A DNA stretch of 20,000 bases from an uncultured virus (IMG/VR IMGVR_UViG_3300037189_010778) (lineage: Duplodnaviria > Heunggongvirae > Uroviricota > Caudoviricetes), in the IMG/VR virus record IMGVR_UViG_3300037189_010778, positions 55,818 through 75,817 of that record. One strand, written 5' to 3'. The notes beneath the pieces are model-generated. The model saw only the letters and a program-made list of their open reading frames with translations, had not been told where the DNA came from and searched no databases. Of this stretch, positions 17,060 to 20,000 are shown one piece after another. The translations under genes and the position numbers were made by a program. Each line of letters opens with the position of its first letter. The stretch's first letter is position 1.

Positions 17060-17111
17060 TGAATAAATTGAGGTTCGAACTCATTAAAACAGGCCATTAC
17101 TGTATTTATTC
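17060..17111 (-). ncRNA. Minimal tRNA-like element lacking the anticodon arm (52 nt)
   Basis: GAATAAA-TA-CAG-TAATGGC-CTG-TTTTA-ATGAG-TTCGAAC-CTCAA-TTTATTC-A-CA: 7-bp acceptor, D-like arm with GG, canonical T-loop. Confidence 0.55.
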
Positions 17112-17193
17112 GTTTGTGGTTTTTTGGCGTTCGCCACTTTCACTGACAGGGCAGGAAACGTAATTGTTTCCCACCCTTAATCAATGTTACTTA

Positions 17194-17544
17194 CTATTCA
17201 ACATCGGCCGTCGCTTCAACTTTAACTTGTTTTGGACGACCTAACTTAACTTCTATCCCCTGTGCGATGCGTTCCGCTTTAATAGCCAAACTTATTTGAC
17301 GTTTACTTCCTTCAACAGTTGGTCTACCGCGTTTTAATTCCATCCCCATAGCCAATTTGGCTTTGCGTGCCTCGAGTACCGCTTGGTTTTTACTTCCTTC
17401 AACCGCTGGTCGACCTCTCTTTGGCTGTATTCCGGCTGCGGCCATTGCTGCTTTTGCTGCTAATAACATTTGACGTTTGCTTCCTTCTACAACTGGACGT
17501 CCTAATCTTGTTTCTTGTGTTTGTGTTGGTGTTTGTGTGTTCAT
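17194..17544 (-). CDS. AT-hook tandem-repeat DNA-binding protein
   Basis: Three exact-length 29-aa repeats, each starting (K/R)(R/L)GRPxVEGSKxQ, plus a fourth KLGRP. Confidence 0.8.
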   Translation of the reverse strand: MNTQTPTQTQETRLGRPVVEGSKRQMLLAAKAAMAAAGIQPKRGRPAVEGSKNQAVLEARKAKLAMGMELKRGRPTVEGSKRQISLAIKAERIAQGIEVKLGRPKQVKVEATADVE

Positions 17545-17572
17545 AACCTTTATTTTTATTTTTTAATTTAAT

Positions 17573-17604
17573 TAAATATACGTTTATTTTTTAGGTGAGC
17601 CAAA
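17573..17604 (-). promoter_or_regulatory. Early promoter repeat
   Basis: TTTGGCTCACC...CGTATATTTA; -33 TTTG and -7 TAnnTTT(A) fit the Bacteroidota primary-sigma consensus. Confidence 0.85.
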
Positions 17605-17643
17605 TTTATTTTTTATTACCTTTTTTAACTTTTTATTTATAAC

Positions 17644-17675
17644 TAAATATACGTTACTAATTTTAGGTAACCAAA
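17644..17675 (-). promoter_or_regulatory. Early promoter repeat (no ORF follows)
   Basis: TTTGGTTACCTAAAATTAGTAACGTATATTTA. Confidence 0.85.
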
Positions 17676-17676
17676 T

Positions 17677-17919
17677 TTATTTTAAATTAACACTCATACC
17701 CTCATACTTAAGTAAACTGTTACAAATGTAAGTTTGGAATTTAACAATCGTTTTAATATCGTCCAATTGTCTTAATATTGTTTTTTTATCCTCCTCTTTA
17801 ATGTTTTTACCATTAATGAACTCGGTAGTAAATGTTTTGGCCTCATTAAGGTTGGTCATTTGAAATACCTGTTCAGCGATTTGTTCAAACACTGATTTGA
17901 TGTTTACTTTCGTTTTCAT
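17677..17919 (-). CDS. Hypothetical early protein (80 aa)
   Basis: ORF between two promoter repeats with leader AAATAAAAAGTTATG. Confidence 0.8.
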   Translation of the reverse strand: MKTKVNIKSVFEQIAEQVFQMTNLNEAKTFTTEFINGKNIKEEDKKTILRQLDDIKTIVKFQTYICNSLLKYEGMSVNLK

Positions 17920-17941
17920 AACTTTTTATTTTAATTTAAAC

Positions 17942-17973
17942 TAAATATACGCCTAATATTTTGGGTAGCCAAA
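17942..17973 (-). promoter_or_regulatory. Early promoter repeat
   Basis: TTTGGCTACCC...CGTATATTTA. Confidence 0.85.
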
Positions 17974-17981
17974 CTTATCTT

Positions 17982-18221
17982 TCACCATAGTTCAATACCG
18001 TGTTCACCCATTACAGAAATGAATTCCTGGATTAATATATCGTCATCCTCTGTTAATGCGAATTCATCATAGGCATCCTTACCTGTTATGTATGATATAA
18101 CATCCATCCAGTCTTCACCACCCGATTCTATTCCTTCTTGTTCGATTTCATCTATGTCCATTCCTAGGTCTTCAAATGTTTTGTACACATAATCAATGTT
18201 TACTTCGTTCATGTTATTCAT
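17982..18221 (-). CDS. Highly acidic small early protein (79 aa)
   Basis: 23 D/E versus 2 K/R by manual count; has its own promoter. Confidence 0.8.
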   Translation of the reverse strand: MNNMNEVNIDYVYKTFEDLGMDIDEIEQEGIESGGEDWMDVISYITGKDAYDEFALTEDDDILIQEFISVMGEHGIELW

Positions 18222-18242
18222 ATTTTTTATTTTTATTTAAAC

Positions 18243-18274
18243 TAAATATACGTTCTTAATTTTAGGTAACCAAA
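18243..18274 (-). promoter_or_regulatory. Early promoter repeat
   Basis: TTTGGTTACCTAAAATTAAGAACGTATATTTA. Confidence 0.85.
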
Positions 18275-18431
18275 CTTATCCTTATCCTTTTTATAGAGCG
18301 TTAGTATATAATTGTCTATAACAGGGGTGGGAGGGGGCGGAACATGTTTATTCGATTTTTGAAAACCCGGTTTTACCGTTATCACCATTTTATACCACAT
18401 ACTATTCCTCCCCATCCCTGTTTATCACACA

Positions 18432-18674
18432 TCAACCAACATCGTTTGTCACCCTTTCATACTCCCATATCCGTTCCTTCAACATATTAATTATTTTCTC
18501 GTCCGTCACCTCCTCATTATCATCAGCATCAACCACACACCACTCATTCATTATACCGTCCATTACATCCGGTTGTTCCGTCACCATATATGTTTTGGTT
18601 GTTATATCATCTATATCCGGTTGTGTTACTTCTATCGTGTATATGTTTGTTGTGTATGTTTCTTTCTGTACCAT
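18432..18674 (-). CDS. Acidic small hypothetical protein (80 aa)
   Basis: 20 D/E versus 6 K/R; AC-rich leader; no promoter repeat of its own. Confidence 0.75.
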   Translation of the reverse strand: MVQKETYTTNIYTIEVTQPDIDDITTKTYMVTEQPDVMDGIMNEWCVVDADDNEEVTDEKIINMLKERIWEYERVTNDVG

Positions 18675-18716
18675 ATTGTTGTGTTTGTGTTTGTTTCTGG
18701 ATTATTCTTATTCTTC

Positions 18717-18920
18717 TTATGCGAACCATTTTGGTTCTTGTTTCCATCCACCTGTTGGTGTTCTTGATTCAATTACATAGTCGCTGTTGTATTGTTTGTT
18801 TTCGGGGTGTGTCAGTCATATTCTTATATGTTCATGGTCTATTTTTAGTTCATCCCCGTCCCAGGCTTGTTCCATTGTTTCTAATTCGTTTAGGTCTTGT
18901 TGTGTGAAGTTTAGGTTCAT
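18717..18920 (-). pseudogene. 67-codon ORF interrupted by one in-frame TGA
   Basis: MNLNFTQQDLNELETMEQAWDGDELKIDHEHIRI*LTHPENKQYNSDYVIESRTPTGGWKQEPKWFA*; TGA at 18816-18818 (codon 35); fills the intergenic gap. Confidence 0.65.
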
Positions 18921-18938
18921 AACTGTTGTGTTGTGTTT

Positions 18939-19148
18939 TTATTGATTTGTTTGTTTGTTGTATTGTTCTACACATTCAGGACACGCGGCGTGTGTTAGTT
19001 TTTCTATTCGTGCCCAGTTAGTACTCAGTGCAGGTGTACCGCATAGGTTGCCTTGACCCGACTTGTATATGTGTGCTGTGTTTGACCACACTGTACCTTT
19101 GTTACCGAAAATTGAATATTCCGGTTTTAATTCTGTTACTTTAATCAT
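18939..19148 (-). CDS. Small putative zinc-binding protein (69 aa)
   Basis: H-x9-C (AHIYKSGQGNLCG) plus CPEC could supply four Zn ligands. Confidence 0.7.
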   Translation of the reverse strand: MIKVTELKPEYSIFGNKGTVWSNTAHIYKSGQGNLCGTPALSTNWARIEKLTHAACPECVEQYNKQTNQ

Positions 19149-19172
19149 ATAACCTTTATTTTTTAATTTAAT

Positions 19173-19204
19173 TAAATATACGCTTTGAAACTTGGGTAAC
19201 CAAA
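19173..19204 (-). promoter_or_regulatory. Early promoter repeat
   Basis: TTTGGTTACCC...CGTATATTTA. Confidence 0.85.
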
Positions 19205-19211
19205 TTTACTT

Positions 19212-19427
19212 TTAATGTTCAAACATATTATAAACATCCGAGAAATCAATCTTTGGTGAATCCAATACATCCGTTAAATAATTTACTACATCAAATCTTA
19301 AATGAGATATGAAATTACTGTTTTCCAACCCATCAACAACAAATTGTTTTATGGACGGGTATTGGTCATACATTTCATTTAACTTTTGTTTGTGTTCTGG
19401 TTTGAGGCGTTCAAATAAATTTTCCAT
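19212..19427 (-). CDS. Hypothetical early protein (71 aa)
   Basis: ORF between two promoter repeats. Confidence 0.8.
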   Translation of the reverse strand: MENLFERLKPEHKQKLNEMYDQYPSIKQFVVDGLENSNFISHLRFDVVNYLTDVLDSPKIDFSDVYNMFEH

Positions 19428-19445
19428 TTTTTATTTTTGTTTAAC

Positions 19446-19477
19446 TAAATATACGTTATAAGACTCGGGTAACCAAA
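19446..19477 (-). promoter_or_regulatory. Early promoter repeat
   Basis: TTTGGTTACCC...CGTATATTTA. Confidence 0.85.
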
Positions 19478-19487
19478 TTTACTTATT

Positions 19488-19730
19488 TTACTTATCTAAC
19501 ACCGTTGTTGTTAGTTGTGCTGCGATTTGGTCAAATTCATCTATATCATAATCATAACCATAATCATTTATGTCCTCAACCCATTCTGCTTCATCATTAG
19601 TCATGACCCTAGCTAATATGTTACCAGCATTTTCTACTACATACTCTATATCTTCAGTCATGTCATATAACTGTTGAATACGTTGTTTAAATTCATTTTG
19701 TTGTTCGGGTGTAAGTAATTGTTGTTCCAT
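19488..19730 (-). CDS. Acidic small early protein (80 aa)
   Basis: 20 D/E versus 4 K/R; leader AAATAAAAAGTTATG. Confidence 0.8.
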   Translation of the reverse strand: MEQQLLTPEQQNEFKQRIQQLYDMTEDIEYVVENAGNILARVMTNDEAEWVEDINDYGYDYDIDEFDQIAAQLTTTVLDK

Positions 19731-19752
19731 AACTTTTTATTTTTATTTGAAT

Positions 19753-19762
19753 TAAATATACG
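19753..19762 (-). promoter_or_regulatory. Partial promoter repeat (-7 box only)
   Basis: CGTATATTTA is present but TTTGG is missing at the expected distance. Confidence 0.6.
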
Positions 19763-19782
19763 TAAAAAGATTTGATAATTTA

Positions 19783-19974
19783 TTAATCATTTAACCATTT
19801 TAATTTAACATCACCTGTCACCTCAATAATTTCATACTCACCTTTTACTTTTTCTAATAATTCTTCAAATGTGATTTCATCCGAGTCATAACCACAACCT
19901 TCAATAACTTCTTCTTCAGTGTTACAAATACTACTAAATTGTTCTTGATAATCGATTTTAATAAATTTTCTCAT
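19783..19974 (-). CDS. Acidic small hypothetical protein (63 aa)
   Basis: ORF with A-rich leader; the edge of another -7 box (taaat) is visible at 19996-20000. Confidence 0.75.
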   Translation of the reverse strand: MRKFIKIDYQEQFSSICNTEEEVIEGCGYDSDEITFEELLEKVKGEYEIIEVTGDVKLKWLND

Positions 19975-20000
19975 TTTTTTATTTTTTTGTTTAGTTAAAT

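Noticed and set aside
17982..18818. Genome-wide stop-codon reassignment (TGA or TAG)
   Set aside because: Long genes are intact in code 11, TAG ends several genes, and reading through the TGA at 17982 runs into a promoter; only one in-frame TGA was seen.
18573..18907. Three overlapping plus-strand Cys/Val/Leu-rich ORFs
   Set aside because: Artefact of the GT-rich plus strand lacking stops; the minus strand carries the plausible genes.
17573..19762. Regularly recurring repeat read as a CRISPR array or integron attC array
   Set aside because: Spacings are irregular (71 to about 930 bp) and mostly contain whole ORFs; the repeat is bipartite and matches a promoter consensus; no cas or integrase gene in the window.

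Overview
AT-rich segment of a large tailed dsDNA phage (contractile-tail type); essentially all genes are on the minus strand. A Bacteroidota host is inferred from the TTTG(-33)/TAnnTTTR(-7) promoters, A-rich leaders without Shine-Dalgarno sequences and a lipobox peptide. Reading in transcription order from right to left: (1) 17194-20000, an array of small early-type genes, most with their own copy of a fixed-spacing 32-bp promoter, including very acidic proteins, a Zn-finger-like protein and a 29-aa-repeat AT-hook protein; (2) 16768-17193, a non-coding stretch rich in palindromes and hairpins, containing a 52-nt tRNA-like fold with no anticodon arm; (3) a basic protein, a ClpP-like protease and a T5orf172/GIY-YIG protein; (4) 14313-15207, an operon interleaving two real tRNAs (Arg-TCT, Leu-TAG), two tRNA-like RNAs with identical acceptor/T-arm ends but unrelated interiors, a possible pseudoknotted RNA and two unannotated micro-ORFs; (5) a UVR-motif protein, an HD hydrolase and a phage sigma factor; (6) 1-11337, a baseplate/virion module (gp5-like, gp25-like, gp6/J-like and large structural proteins). 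The best candidate for an undescribed system is the family of tRNA-scaffold RNAs. All protein and RNA calls come from reading motifs by eye; no searches or folding programs were run.
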